From the IMG/VR virus record IMGVR_UViG_3300044701_002789, positions 186,001 to 250,000 of that record: a stretch of 64,000 bases of DNA; one strand, given 5' to 3'. Both the position numbers and the translations under genes were made by a program. Positions within the stretch are counted from its first letter, which is position 1. The number at the start of each line of letters is the position of its first letter. Below are positions 24,550-35,122 of this stretch, piece by piece. The notes under the pieces are model-generated. The model did no database searches. It worked only from the letters and a program-made list of their open reading frames with translations, and had not been told where the DNA came from.

Positions 24550-25844
24550 AAATTTTTATTAGTACTCTGAATTTCATTATTAATATAAACCATAAATTCA
24601 CAATTATAAGTGTCAATAAAAGTATCATCAAATATTTTATCAGTTATGTCTAGTGATTTTCCCCAAGAAATATTTTGTCTGGTGCAAGACATTACCTTGT
24701 AATCGTTGAACTTAGTTAAATATGTATCTCTGAATTTTTTGAATTTTTCTCTGAAATTATAACCTTTGAGGTGAATTTCTATTGATATAAATTTAACATT
24801 ATTGAATATAAAATCTATATTTTCTTCGGTAAAAATATTATATTCACCACCTTCACAGTCAACTTTCATATAATCAATATGATTAATTGAATATGTTGAT
24901 ATAAGTTCTTTAAAAGTAATGGGAATAAAACTCTTATCATTCCCAAAAACATTAATTTCATCAGTATTATTACTTACTATTCCATTATTAATATAAGTTA
25001 TTGATGTATTAAAGTTATTGAATAATTTTTCGGAACAGTTTTTAACCAATGTTTTTAGTAAATTTTTAGATGGTTCAACACAATATACTTTTTTTGGTTT
25101 TTGATCTAAAATTGATATAGTATATGCACCAACACTTGCACCAATATCCAAAACAATATCATTTTCTTTTACATCTTTCCAAAATCTATAAACATTTTCA
25201 TGTATCACTTCTCTTTCTATTGTAACAATGTCTTCTTCCGTTAGGTCTGCCCAATCAAAGTTGTTTGGATAATTAAATGTTTGACCGATTGAATTTTTTC
25301 CTAATCTAATTAAGTTTTGATTTATACTATTTTTGTGTAATTCATCAAAATTATCCCAGTAATTTTTTGTAAGAAGATCAAATAGATTTCTACTTTCATC
25401 ACCTTTACCCCACCACCAAGCTGCAACTGCTTTTTGGAATAACAATAAATGTTTTCCACTATACTCAGGAATGTTAATACTTTCTATTTCATTATTATGA
25501 CATTGTAGACCAAGATTTGCATAGGTATAACAACTTTGCCATTCTTGGTTCTTTTCATACAATAGAGATAAGAAATAATATGCCTCTGGTCTTTGTGGCA
25601 ATAAGTTTAAGGCATTTTCTAATGTTACTTTTTCAGTATTATCTCTTGAACCTTGTAATTTATAACAAAACGCTGATTTTAGTAAACATTCATAAGCAAG
25701 TAAATCATTTTTAGATCTTTCCGCAGTTCTTAGATAATAAGTGTGTGCGGGTGCATACTGACCTTGTTTTTCATACCATTTCGCGAGATTATAATTATTT
25801 TCTGGATTTTCGGTATCTAGTGAAAATTTAATAAGCTCATTCAT
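24474..25844 (-). CDS. TPR + FkbM-family methyltransferase
   Basis: Helical repeats (NYNLAKWYE, PEAYYFLS); VLDIGASVG, YCVEPS, MKVDCEGGE. Confidence 0.8.
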   Translation of the reverse strand: MNELIKFSLDTENPENNYNLAKWYEKQGQYAPAHTYYLRTAERSKNDLLAYECLLKSAFCYKLQGSRDNTEKVTLENALNLLPQRPEAYYFLSLLYEKNQEWQSCYTYANLGLQCHNNEIESINIPEYSGKHLLLFQKAVAAWWWGKGDESRNLFDLLTKNYWDNFDELHKNSINQNLIRLGKNSIGQTFNYPNNFDWADLTEEDIVTIEREVIHENVYRFWKDVKENDIVLDIGASVGAYTISILDQKPKKVYCVEPSKNLLKTLVKNCSEKLFNNFNTSITYINNGIVSNNTDEINVFGNDKSFIPITFKELISTYSINHIDYMKVDCEGGEYNIFTEENIDFIFNNVKFISIEIHLKGYNFREKFKKFRDTYLTKFNDYKVMSCTRQNISWGKSLDITDKIFDDTFIDTYNCEFMVYINNEIQSTNKNLKKKNSLTAEHTCFRGSTKYLKSMV

Positions 25845-26814
25845 TAATAAAGTCCTCAACTACTGATTTTGAAATTCTGAGTATATACGCTGCGTTGTCT
25901 TGCGTTCCAAATGTAATTAGAAAATCATCATTATATTCGGCCATGCCACAAGAAAATTCAATTTTAAAATTTAAAAATGAAAATAACTTTGATACTTTTT
26001 GAAGTTTAAAATTCTTATCCCATATAACAAACCGATGACGATAAGTTGCATCTTTTCTACCTTGTTCTGAATTATAAAGTTCTGTTTCATGGAGAAGAGA
26101 AAGATATCCATTTTGATATGGAATAACTTGTGAACCACCTCTTAAATCATTTTTTAATTCTGTAGTGTAAGGACTTGTTTCAATTATTGTGGAATCTTTT
26201 CCTGTAATATCAAATTTCAATAATGCAGTTGGATTAGTCCATTTTAAAAGATGAAAAGGTTTATCTTCAATTGGAGTACAATTTTTCATACAATATTCAT
26301 CATCTGGTGGAGGACCTGGAATTCTATATCTAGAAACTTCTTTAACTTCAGAACCATTGAACCTCAATTCAGAAAGTTCCATTCTTCCAGTTCCAATAGT
26401 GTCTACATCTCTGCGTACACCTATAGCGTAAATCTTACCGTTCCATTGAATCAAACGAACATCTTCCAACCCAACAAATTCCCATTGTGGTTGATAAGTA
26501 TCAAAATTTGATGTATCTATTTTTGAGTAATGGAGTATATTTAAATCTTCATCTAATTCTGCAATATGATTTGCAGTTCTGAGGTGCATATCATTCTCTG
26601 GGTGTATGTAGGATAATGGTCCCCACATATGTTCAAATTTATTTAATTCCGAATGATATAATGTGTAATTTACATTTCTGATATTGACTAATATTCTTCC
26701 ATCAACTACTAAAACTGATGGATTTGTGAGAGAAGGTCCACAGAGATCTTCGGGATTTATGAGAAGTGGTTTAATAATGCCACCATTATCTAATGCAAGT
26801 TTTACAAAATTCAT
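25837..26814 (-). CDS. five-bladed propeller glycosidase/phosphorylase-like protein (GH130/GH43-like)
   Basis: TNPSV, GLEDVRL, KNCTP, LRGGSQ, YRHRFV, IEFSCG. Confidence 0.65.
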   Translation of the reverse strand: MNFVKLALDNGGIIKPLLINPEDLCGPSLTNPSVLVVDGRILVNIRNVNYTLYHSELNKFEHMWGPLSYIHPENDMHLRTANHIAELDEDLNILHYSKIDTSNFDTYQPQWEFVGLEDVRLIQWNGKIYAIGVRRDVDTIGTGRMELSELRFNGSEVKEVSRYRIPGPPPDDEYCMKNCTPIEDKPFHLLKWTNPTALLKFDITGKDSTIIETSPYTTELKNDLRGGSQVIPYQNGYLSLLHETELYNSEQGRKDATYRHRFVIWDKNFKLQKVSKLFSFLNFKIEFSCGMAEYNDDFLITFGTQDNAAYILRISKSVVEDFINE

Positions 26815-26838
26815 AATACTATAACGAGTTCTTGAATG

Positions 26839-26845
26839 TATTTAT
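26839..26845 (-). promoter_or_regulatory. late promoter
   Basis: ATAAATA overlapping the upstream stop, 25 nt before the 26814 start. Confidence 0.65.
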
Positions 26846-27192
26846 TCTGGTTTAATGGGCCAAATAATTTCTCTAGGAAATTTTGATTGTTGAGGAATAT
26901 CTAAAAGTAATTGTCTATATTCAGTCCAATTGTCTTTTTCTTCTTGAGTAAAAGAATTCCAACGAATAACATTTATTGTATCAATGTAAATTGAAAGATA
27001 CTTATTTCTTCGGATTCTTTGTTTTTGGCACCATTCCTCATAGGTCATCCATCCATTTTCATTCCAAAACCATCCAATTTCTCCGTCGTTTTGTGGAGTA
27101 GAAATAAGTTCTTCTGTATCAGTCCAAGATTGGTCGTATAGAATATCTACACATTCTCTTGTATTCTTATTAATGACACATATTTTATTCAT
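26842..27192 (-). CDS. tail fibre assembly chaperone-like protein
   Basis: RIRRNKYL...W..YRQLLLDIPQQSKFP..IIWPIKP. Confidence 0.8.
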   Translation of the reverse strand: MNKICVINKNTRECVDILYDQSWTDTEELISTPQNDGEIGWFWNENGWMTYEEWCQKQRIRRNKYLSIYIDTINVIRWNSFTQEEKDNWTEYRQLLLDIPQQSKFPREIIWPIKPE

Positions 27193-27204
27193 TTATTTTA
27201 CTCC

Positions 27205-28659
27205 TTATAGTTTTAAATATTCTACTATTAAAATTGTACCCGCAGCTCCGGTTCCACCAACAACACCTGTAAGTAAATTTATATTTACTGCACCAGAACC
27301 TCCTGCACCGGGTTGTGTTGCGTTTATTCCAGCATTTGAACCTGCAGTAAATCTTACTGGTCCGTTTGCTCCGCCGCCCCAATATGATGCACCACCGTTC
27401 CCCGCAGTAACCGTATTGTTACCCACACCCAAACCGGGCAAACCATCGAGTCCAGTATGAAGAATGTCACCTCCAGTAGGAATTCCACCATTTCCACCAT
27501 TAAATGCCGATGTGTTGGCTGCATAAGCACTTCCAGTTCCAAATCCACCTTCTCCACCAGTTCCGACTAAAACAATGGAATCAATTCCAGTACAGGTAAA
27601 AATTGAGTTAGATCCATTTCCACCATTTCCGCCAAGAACAGTACCTGCAGCACCTCCACCTCCAACAGTATAGGTGGCGGTTGTCCCCAATTGTGCGGCA
27701 GTTAACCATTTAATTGATGTTCCTCCTCCTCCTCCGCCTCCAGAGCAACTACCAGATGAACCATCGGAGTCGGATCCTCCTCCTCCACCACCTCCACCAG
27801 TGACGAATACTTGAGCAATTATTGTTTTTGGATCTCTAGTAAAAGTTCCTGAACCTACTGAATTATATCTGGTTATTTTTACTGATGATATTCCTACGCT
27901 TCCATCTACTTCCACACTCCCATCCACTTTTACATTTCCAGCAACATGGAGTTTTGAATTTAATTGTGGATTCAATGTTCCTATACTAATAGAACCATCT
28001 AGAAATAAATTACTTGTACTCGGATTAAAACTGAATGGGGGTGATGTTGTTCTTATACTTGGCGTCTGATTTCCAGTTCCTGCAACAAACACTGGATAAA
28101 ATGTCGAATTGGTAGTAGTATCAAATGCTGAAATGACATTAGATGGTCCATTTAATCCTTGAATTCCTTGAGATCCTGTAGTTCCTTGAATTGATATTCC
28201 CTGAGTTCCTTGAATACCAAAATTACCTTGAATACCTTGAATTCCTTGAGATCCTGTAGTTCCTTGAATTGATATTCCCTGAGTTCCTTGAATACCAAAA
28301 TTACCTTGAATACCTTGAATTCCTTGAGATCCTGTAGTTCCTTGAATTGATATTCCCTGAGTTCCTTGAATACCAAAATTACCTTGAATACCTTGAATTC
28401 CTTGAGATCCTGTAGTTCCTTGACGACCTTGAATACCTTGAGTTCCTTGAGATCCTGTAGATCCTTGAGTACCTTGAATACCTTGAGTTCCTTGAGATCC
28501 TGTAGATCCTTGAGTACCTTGAATACCTTGAGTTCCTTGAGATCCTGTAGTTCCTTGACGACCTTGAATACCCTGAGTTCCTTGAGATCCTGTAGATCCT
28601 TGAATTCCCTGAGTGCCCCTAAAACTTGAATCTAAAAATGCGGAAAGATTTACTGGCAT
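27205..28659 (-). CDS. collagen-like fibre protein with Gly-rich C-terminal domain
   Basis: GTQ/GIQ/GSQ triplets; VGIGT-type fibre motif; poly-Gly loops. Confidence 0.85.
   Translation of the reverse strand: MPVNLSAFLDSSFRGTQGIQGSTGSQGTQGIQGRQGTTGSQGTQGIQGTQGSTGSQGTQGIQGTQGSTGSQGTQGIQGRQGTTGSQGIQGIQGNFGIQGTQGISIQGTTGSQGIQGIQGNFGIQGTQGISIQGTTGSQGIQGIQGNFGIQGTQGISIQGTTGSQGIQGLNGPSNVISAFDTTTNSTFYPVFVAGTGNQTPSIRTTSPPFSFNPSTSNLFLDGSISIGTLNPQLNSKLHVAGNVKVDGSVEVDGSVGISSVKITRYNSVGSGTFTRDPKTIIAQVFVTGGGGGGGGSDSDGSSGSCSGGGGGGGTSIKWLTAAQLGTTATYTVGGGGAAGTVLGGNGGNGSNSIFTCTGIDSIVLVGTGGEGGFGTGSAYAANTSAFNGGNGGIPTGGDILHTGLDGLPGLGVGNNTVTAGNGGASYWGGGANGPVRFTAGSNAGINATQPGAGGSGAVNINLLTGVVGGTGAAGTILIVEYLKL
28150..28620. 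repeat. 9-bp-period collagen-coding repeat with a 78-bp unit x3
   Basis: GSQGIQGIQGNFGIQGTQGISIQGTT repeated three times. Confidence 0.9.
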
Positions 28660-28737
28660 ATTAAAATATTTTTAACTGTTTATTTTTTATATTATATCCC
28701 TGAACCACAAGATTTTTATGTATTATATGCGTTAAAA

Positions 28738-28744
28738 TATTTAT
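28738..28744 (-). promoter_or_regulatory. late promoter
   Basis: ATAAATA upstream of the collagen gene. Confidence 0.55.
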
Positions 28745-29100
28745 GTGTATATTTTTATTTCTTTATAAAGAGAATTATGTGTCTCGTTAATTTCTCTTTT
28801 TATTCTTGCTCTTTCATCATTAGTAATATAAACACCTCTCGCAAGTTCTATAAATTTCTCATCAAACACTTGAGATTTTTCCATCACTCTTAATTCATCT
28901 TCAATTTTCCAGAGTTTACGATTGATTGTAAGTAATTTTGAAACATAAGATGCATCATAAACCTTATGTTCTTGTGCAATTTGAATAAGTTCTTGAAGTT
29001 CCTTCTTTACATATTCATTAGAAGTGTGTTGTGACTTAATGGAAAGTATAGAAATTTTATCTAAAAGTTCACCGACTGATACTGGAATTTCAATTCTCAT
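28741..29100 (-). CDS. DUF6165-like protein
   Basis: IPVSVGELLDKISILSIK...NRKLWKIED...ARGVYITNDERARIKREIN. Confidence 0.8.
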   Translation of the reverse strand: MRIEIPVSVGELLDKISILSIKSQHTSNEYVKKELQELIQIAQEHKVYDASYVSKLLTINRKLWKIEDELRVMEKSQVFDEKFIELARGVYITNDERARIKREINETHNSLYKEIKIYT

Positions 29101-30646
29101 TTGTAGTATTATAAAGATTTAAAATTGCATCAGTTCTTTCTTTGAGATTTATTGTTTCTTGTGAAAATCCAGATGCAAATATAATGATATTTGGATTTTG
29201 TGTGAGTTTTCCAATGTTTAATAGATGAGTAAATGCCTTACCCATTAAATGACCACCAAGGTTCATTGCTTCACTTAATGCGTGAAATGCATAATTAGAT
29301 GCTCTTGAAATATCTTGAAGTTGTATGAGACAAATACTCGTCATAATAAACACATCAACTCTTGTCGGGTCAAAATAAGGTTTAGACATATTCAAATATT
29401 CTTGACCCAATTCAACTGCTTTTTGAATGTTTTGAACTTGATAATAATGTTTAAATATAAACCAGAGATAATAAATGTTTTGATACTGTTCATACTCTCT
29501 TTCACAAATTGAAAGATAGAATAATTCCTTATCTATTGTATTATGAATATTTTTTGTAATCTTAATTGTGGTATCTACTGCAACTTCATTTAGATAATCT
29601 TTTGTTGGAATAAACATTGGAGTTTCATGAACTGAATTCACCCAGGTATAATTCTTGGTTCGGTGAAAGCGAATATGTGAAGTTTGACCCAAGGTTGGTT
29701 CATTGTCTCCTTCTTTATCATATCGTTCGTGTCTAAATGCAGTGAATTCATTTGAGATTACTTCAAGACCTTCTGGAAAGAAATCATCTAAATCTTCATT
29801 AAAATCCAATGAAAATGCCCAGTCAGTTTTTACATAAGATAATGCTTGATTTCTTGCGATTGAGAAATCAAACTCTTCTCTGGTTTGTGAGTGTTGATGA
29901 ACTTCAATTCCCGCTTCTTGCAGTAGTTCTACTGTTTTATCAGTACTTCCGGTATCAACTACAACAGTGTGAGTGAATTTCTTTGAGTTCTCAATGAACT
30001 TTTGAATATTCTTTTCTTCGTTTTTGCAAATTGCATATAATGTAATTTCCATTTTATCTCCTTGTTTTTGATGTAACCAAACTTTACTTAATGTACAATC
30101 TCCACGATTAAGAAGAACTACAGATTTACCTGTAAAATATTCATTAACTGCTTGAATAACTCCATTCCAACTAATTACATAATCATCGCCGGTAATAAAA
30201 CCTCCCGGTTTGACCTTTGGATACCATGCAATAATGTCTGCAAGAACATTTTCATAATCGTGAGATGCATCAATATGAACAAAATCAAGACTATTATCTT
30301 CAAACTGTTTTGCTGCCTCAATACTTGTGGTTTGTAATGGTATTACATAATTACTTACACCACATTGTTCAAGATTATATTTAAATGCATCAAATAAAGT
30401 AAAATTCTGTGTCTTTAATCTATTTAATGCTTCTTTATGAGCATCTTCATCACTACCTTCCCAAGTATCTACTGCATAAAACTTGATGTTTTTATTTGAG
30501 TTCTTAATCTGTTCTCCCATATAACAAGTTGATTGCCCCATCCAAGAACCCACTTCTACGAAAGTTGAGTTATCTGGGCAGTATTTGATTGCTAAATCAT
30601 AAAGATTAGTATAAGAAAAATAACCCTCAATGTCTTTCCAATTCAT
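29090..30646 (-). CDS. class I SAM methyltransferase + GT2 glycosyltransferase + TPR fusion
   Basis: FVEVGSWMG, VHIDASHDY, PGGFITGDDY; YAICKNEEKNI, VVVDTGSTD, FSIARNQAL, SLDFNE. Confidence 0.85.
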   Translation of the reverse strand: MNWKDIEGYFSYTNLYDLAIKYCPDNSTFVEVGSWMGQSTCYMGEQIKNSNKNIKFYAVDTWEGSDEDAHKEALNRLKTQNFTLFDAFKYNLEQCGVSNYVIPLQTTSIEAAKQFEDNSLDFVHIDASHDYENVLADIIAWYPKVKPGGFITGDDYVISWNGVIQAVNEYFTGKSVVLLNRGDCTLSKVWLHQKQGDKMEITLYAICKNEEKNIQKFIENSKKFTHTVVVDTGSTDKTVELLQEAGIEVHQHSQTREEFDFSIARNQALSYVKTDWAFSLDFNEDLDDFFPEGLEVISNEFTAFRHERYDKEGDNEPTLGQTSHIRFHRTKNYTWVNSVHETPMFIPTKDYLNEVAVDTTIKITKNIHNTIDKELFYLSICEREYEQYQNIYYLWFIFKHYYQVQNIQKAVELGQEYLNMSKPYFDPTRVDVFIMTSICLIQLQDISRASNYAFHALSEAMNLGGHLMGKAFTHLLNIGKLTQNPNIIIFASGFSQETINLKERTDAILNLYNTTNEN

Positions 30647-31341
30647 AAGTATTTTTTCCAATCAATACAAGGTGATAAGAGGTCTGCTTCGCAATGTGTA
30701 GAATAACCAGGAATGGAAGATATTAATACTCTTCCATTTTGTGATAGTTCTATAAATTTTGAATGGTCTGTTGATGGTTCTACATCTGTTGAATGTTTGA
30801 TATGAGTATCAAAATCATTCATTAAAGTTGAATATTCAACCGCAAAAGTATTTGTAGTTGAAGGGGTCGCCATCCAATGAGATGAGTTGGTATGAAGAAC
30901 CTTGGTTCTAAAATCTCTGTAGAACTCCATGTATTTATCTCTATGGTCATATAGGGTTACATAATCTGCATAAAGTTCAAAACCCTCTAAAAGAATTTTA
31001 TCCCAACCTGGACGATGAATATAGTCATCTTCTAAAAAGTAAATGATTTCTCCTTTACGATGAACAGTATTTTTAACAAGATTTAGAGTTTCAATAAAAC
31101 TCTTTGCTTCTCCACCAGAGTTAATAATATGAACTTTTTCTTCTTGGGATAAAAAGGTGTCTTCAATCTTACCGTAATATTCATCATACACAATAGTGTA
31201 ATTGGTGGTTTCTGGATTTAAAGTGTTCTTAAAATTTTGAAAAACCTTTTCTTTACTCCACCACTTTGGTCTTTGTTTTCCGGGAGTTTCTTGTATTTTA
31301 GACTGATAACAGTGTCTTAAATAAACATTAATTTTTTTCAT
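30643..31341 (-). CDS. GT-A-like glycosyltransferase
   Basis: IIYFLEDDYIH (DxD-like), STTNTFA. Confidence 0.65.
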   Translation of the reverse strand: MKKINVYLRHCYQSKIQETPGKQRPKWWSKEKVFQNFKNTLNPETTNYTIVYDEYYGKIEDTFLSQEEKVHIINSGGEAKSFIETLNLVKNTVHRKGEIIYFLEDDYIHRPGWDKILLEGFELYADYVTLYDHRDKYMEFYRDFRTKVLHTNSSHWMATPSTTNTFAVEYSTLMNDFDTHIKHSTDVEPSTDHSKFIELSQNGRVLISSIPGYSTHCEADLLSPCIDWKKYL

Positions 31342-32131
31342 TGAGTTTCTCCAAATCATATTCATTCCACCAGGATTTCCAATCAATAAAGAAATCTTTA
31401 TCCCAATCTGTTTGCATATGTAATGCTAACGATGGAATTGGATTAAAACAGTAGTATCCTCTTTCATAATAAATTCGGTCAATACTTTCCATTTCCATTA
31501 CTGGTGAGACTTCACTGGTTCCCATCTTGTAGAATAAATCCCAGTTCTTTTCTATTATACTCACATGGGTCATTAAAGTAAATGCAGGATGAATATTTGT
31601 TCTCCAGTATCTGTCTTTGCCGACAACGATGTTACAAGGTACTGCAGTGTTTTGTGGGTCGTGATATTCTGCAGGTTTGTTAAAAGGAAAGATACTTGCA
31701 GGAGCACCTAAATTACAACTGAATTGATTGATTGCGTGTATCATCAGTTCAATTGAATTCTTTTGATGAAGAAAATCATCTTGAACAAAATAAACCCAAT
31801 CTCTTCCAAATGATTTTCCATACTCATAACATCTCAAAATAGAAGGCATAATACCATAAGTTTCAAGATGTGTTAGGTTAATCTTGAATTTTGCAATATT
31901 GATTAATTTTTGAAGAATATCTAAGAATTCTTGAGATGAATGGTCATCAAAAATTTGCAGTTGTATTTCATAATCAGGATATTTTTCTTGAGCAAAATTC
32001 AAACTATCAATTAAAGAAAATACACAATGAGATGATACTTCTATCTTTGGTGCATTGCAGTATCTTGTTTGACTATCATCCCGATTTCCTTTTGAGTGAG
32101 TTTGCAAAACAACTAACAAATGAGTTTTCAT
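31328..32131 (-). CDS. GT-A-like glycosyltransferase
   Basis: IFDDHSS, VYFVQDDFLH, PIPSLALHMQ. Confidence 0.65.
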   Translation of the reverse strand: MKTHLLVVLQTHSKGNRDDSQTRYCNAPKIEVSSHCVFSLIDSLNFAQEKYPDYEIQLQIFDDHSSQEFLDILQKLINIAKFKINLTHLETYGIMPSILRCYEYGKSFGRDWVYFVQDDFLHQKNSIELMIHAINQFSCNLGAPASIFPFNKPAEYHDPQNTAVPCNIVVGKDRYWRTNIHPAFTLMTHVSIIEKNWDLFYKMGTSEVSPVMEMESIDRIYYERGYYCFNPIPSLALHMQTDWDKDFFIDWKSWWNEYDLEKLNEKN

Positions 32132-32910
32132 ATATCAAATTTGGAATATAGTTTCATATTTTCTTCTCCTATAATTTCTATAGGGTCTTGTGAGATTTTA
32201 GAAAGATTTGGACGAATAGTGTGAAGGTCTTTCAGTCCCCATGCCTCATCTTTTTCTTCTCCACAAGCATTTTCAATATTGTGAAAAGTATTTGTGTGAG
32301 ATGTAACTTCTAAAAACTCATAGATTTTATTGAGTTCTTGTTGTGGATTGTTTAGTAGTTGATTGTATTCTACCAGATGAACCCACTCCGGATATTTATT
32401 CAGTCCATAAATCATACTCTCATAAGAAGGAGAAACATAATATCTCCAAATGTATTCTGCACGATTGTTATTTGTAATGGAAAGATTATCTTTTTTTAAG
32501 TGATTATCAATAAAGTTATCTTGATGTCCTGTTCTTTCTATGAGGGAGATATAGGAAGTAAGAACTTCTGGAATGGGACGATAAGTTGCGACAATCTTGG
32601 GTTTGTTTGATAAGAACATTTGTACTGTATCAAGGTTCTTGCCCCAAAATCTATGTTTGTCTAATATGATTGATTTTGGAATATGATTATAGAAATTTGC
32701 AAGAACTGACTTATAGACATTATAAGAGATTGATTTGCGGTCAAAGGTGAATTGTTGGTCTATACGATTAAAAGATTTCTCAATATCAGTCACTACATCT
32801 CCTAATGGTGATGTAGGAGATACATAAATTTCTGGATGTTGATTGAGAATTGAACCTAATAATGTTGAACCACTTCTTGGAAGTCCTCCAAGAAAATATA
32901 AAGTTTTCAT
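32128..32910 (-). CDS. sulfotransferase
   Basis: GGLPRSGSTLL (5'-PSB loop), LDKHR, YRPIPEVLTS, LVEYNQL. Confidence 0.85.
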   Translation of the reverse strand: MKTLYFLGGLPRSGSTLLGSILNQHPEIYVSPTSPLGDVVTDIEKSFNRIDQQFTFDRKSISYNVYKSVLANFYNHIPKSIILDKHRFWGKNLDTVQMFLSNKPKIVATYRPIPEVLTSYISLIERTGHQDNFIDNHLKKDNLSITNNNRAEYIWRYYVSPSYESMIYGLNKYPEWVHLVEYNQLLNNPQQELNKIYEFLEVTSHTNTFHNIENACGEEKDEAWGLKDLHTIRPNLSKISQDPIEIIGEENMKLYSKFDI

Positions 32911-32918
32911 AGTTGTTT

Positions 32919-34109
32919 TTATAATGTTGGGTCGTTGTATGTGAGTGCTACCGTATGAGTAGCTCCACCATTCACTTGTTTCCAATTAGTTCCACCGGCA
33001 AATGTAGTGATTGGAGTACTTCTGTTTCCTGTAGTTGCTCCATTTCCAAGTCGTCCACTATCTCCACTACCCCAAATCCAAAGGGTTCCATCGGTCTTGA
33101 TTGCTACTATGTGATCACTTCCAGCATTCACCTGTTTCCAGGTGGTTCCTCCAGCAAATGTGGTGACTGGAGTACTTATATTTCCAGTAGTTACTCCATT
33201 TCCAAGTTCTCCAGTACTTCCAAAACCCCAAGTCCATAGAGTTCCATCAGTCTTGATTGCTGCTGTGTTTGCTCTACTAACACTCACTTGTTTCCAATTG
33301 GTTCCGCCAGCAAATGTGGTGACTGGAGTACTTCTGTCTGTGGTTGAGGCATTCCCAAGATTTCCATATTGATTTCTACCCCAAGTCCATAGAGTTCCAT
33401 CGGTTTTGATTGCTGCTGTGTGAGGGGCGGCGGTGCCGCTGACAGCACTTACTTGTTTCCAATTCTTGCCACCGGCAAATGTGGTGACTGGAGTGCTTCT
33501 ATTTGTAGTTTGTGCATTTCCAAGTGATCCATTACCATTAAACCCCCAAGTCCAAAGGGTTCCATCGGTTTTGATTGCTGATATGTAATCACCACCAGCA
33601 CTCACTTGTTTCCAGTTAGTTCCACCAGCAAATGTGGTGACTGGAGTGCTTCTATCTGTAGTATTTGCATTTCCAAGTTGTCCATTAGTTCCATATCCCC
33701 AAGTCCAAAGAGTTCCATCAGTTTTGATTGCTGCCGTATTCCTACCACCAACACTCACTTGTTTCCAATTGGTTCCTCCAGCAAATGTGGTGATTGGAGT
33801 ACTAAAGGTTCCAGTAGTTGCTCCATTTCCAAGTTGTCCGTATCTCCCATAACCCCAAGTCCAAAGAGTTCCATCGGTTTTGATTGCTGCTACGATAGAA
33901 TTTCCGCAACTTACTTGTTTCCAATTAGTTCCACCAGCAAATGTAGTAACTGGAGTGCTTCTATTTGTAGTTTGTGCATTTCCAAGTCTTCCATTACTTC
34001 CAAAACCCCACACCCATAAGTTTCCATCACGAAATAAATCCGCAGGAATAAAGACATCATCAAAAGAATAATCAACTCCGTCTTGTCTAAAGTTGTAAAA
34101 TGTGGGCAT
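32919..34109 (-). CDS. RCC1-repeat protein, 7 blades
   Basis: 7 copies of TPVTTFAGGTNWKQVS.G..TAAIKTDGTLWTWG.G..G.LGN. Confidence 0.9.
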   Translation of the reverse strand: MPTFYNFRQDGVDYSFDDVFIPADLFRDGNLWVWGFGSNGRLGNAQTTNRSTPVTTFAGGTNWKQVSCGNSIVAAIKTDGTLWTWGYGRYGQLGNGATTGTFSTPITTFAGGTNWKQVSVGGRNTAAIKTDGTLWTWGYGTNGQLGNANTTDRSTPVTTFAGGTNWKQVSAGGDYISAIKTDGTLWTWGFNGNGSLGNAQTTNRSTPVTTFAGGKNWKQVSAVSGTAAPHTAAIKTDGTLWTWGRNQYGNLGNASTTDRSTPVTTFAGGTNWKQVSVSRANTAAIKTDGTLWTWGFGSTGELGNGVTTGNISTPVTTFAGGTTWKQVNAGSDHIVAIKTDGTLWIWGSGDSGRLGNGATTGNRSTPITTFAGGTNWKQVNGGATHTVALTYNDPTL

Positions 34110-34125
34110 TTTGGAAATCCTTAAG

Positions 34126-34479
34126 TTACTCTACAAATATTACTGAAGTATTCATCTTATCACCCCAATTTTGAAGATACTTTTTAACATCAGGGTTCAT
34201 CTTCATATTATTTATTGCAAGTGCCTTTAAGTATTGTCCGTTCTCATTATTTTCCACAGAAACCAGTACATCACACTTATCAGGTCTCATTTCTTCAGGA
34301 AGTAGATGTTGAGACCATGCACACTGATAATTTCTACAAACCTCTGGTCGTGCCTTATGAACTCCACAACCTCCCTCTTCAAGAAACTTACATGACTTTC
34401 CGCATCCAAAGTTCCAACCAAATGCATCACCAACCAACCAAGAACAACACGCAGTGCATTCTCCACATTCACGAAACAT
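34126..34479 (-). CDS. YkgJ-like Cys-cluster (Fe-S/Zn) protein
   Basis: CGECTACC, CKFL..GGC.VH..RP.VCRNYQC.W. Confidence 0.75.
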   Translation of the reverse strand: MFRECGECTACCSWLVGDAFGWNFGCGKSCKFLEEGGCGVHKARPEVCRNYQCAWSQHLLPEEMRPDKCDVLVSVENNENGQYLKALAINNMKMNPDVKKYLQNWGDKMNTSVIFVE

Positions 34480-35122
34480 AATTCACCTCTCTATAAAAGT
34501 ATGTATAAGGTTCGTGGTCTTCTGGTTGATATAATGACTTGAATTTACCTTCACCACTACCAATCCAAAATTCACGGTCTAATCTAAAATCACTTTTCAA
34601 AAACTCATCATTTAATCTATTTACATAAGATGCATTTGCCCACCAAAAGTTTCCAACAAAGTGTTGAGTTCCTGCTTTCTCCCAAGATTGTCTCCCATCA
34701 CTCCAAGTAGTCGGTCCTAAAATCTTAAGATTACTTCCCACTGCATCATAATTCTCCAAATACTTCACACACTCCTTCCATCTATCAATGACGAAATACT
34801 CCATCATCAATCTCCAACTCTCTGCATTCATACTTTCTTTTGATACTCCTTTTGTATGAAAGTAAAGAACTCTATAATCTGGATTTTCTTTACAAAAATC
34901 TCTTAAGGAAATTAGAGTATCTGTTTCTTCCTTATGATTTTGATTATAGGTCACAATGGTTTTTTCTGGAATATTAAAGAGTTCCTTATTTCCATTTACT
35001 CCAAAGTGTATATGAAATGCCTCTTGTATTAATCCTGAAGTATATAATCTATGAACCTGTTGTTGGTAAATAAATGCACCCAAATTACATTGAAAAATAT
35101 GGTAAAAGATTGCAAGTTTCAT
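34469..35122 (-). CDS. putative glycosyltransferase-like protein
   Basis: VLYFHTKG, HFVGNFWWAN, EFWIG; glycan-island context. Confidence 0.55.
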   Translation of the reverse strand: MKLAIFYHIFQCNLGAFIYQQQVHRLYTSGLIQEAFHIHFGVNGNKELFNIPEKTIVTYNQNHKEETDTLISLRDFCKENPDYRVLYFHTKGVSKESMNAESWRLMMEYFVIDRWKECVKYLENYDAVGSNLKILGPTTWSDGRQSWEKAGTQHFVGNFWWANASYVNRLNDEFLKSDFRLDREFWIGSGEGKFKSLYQPEDHEPYTYFYREVNYVS

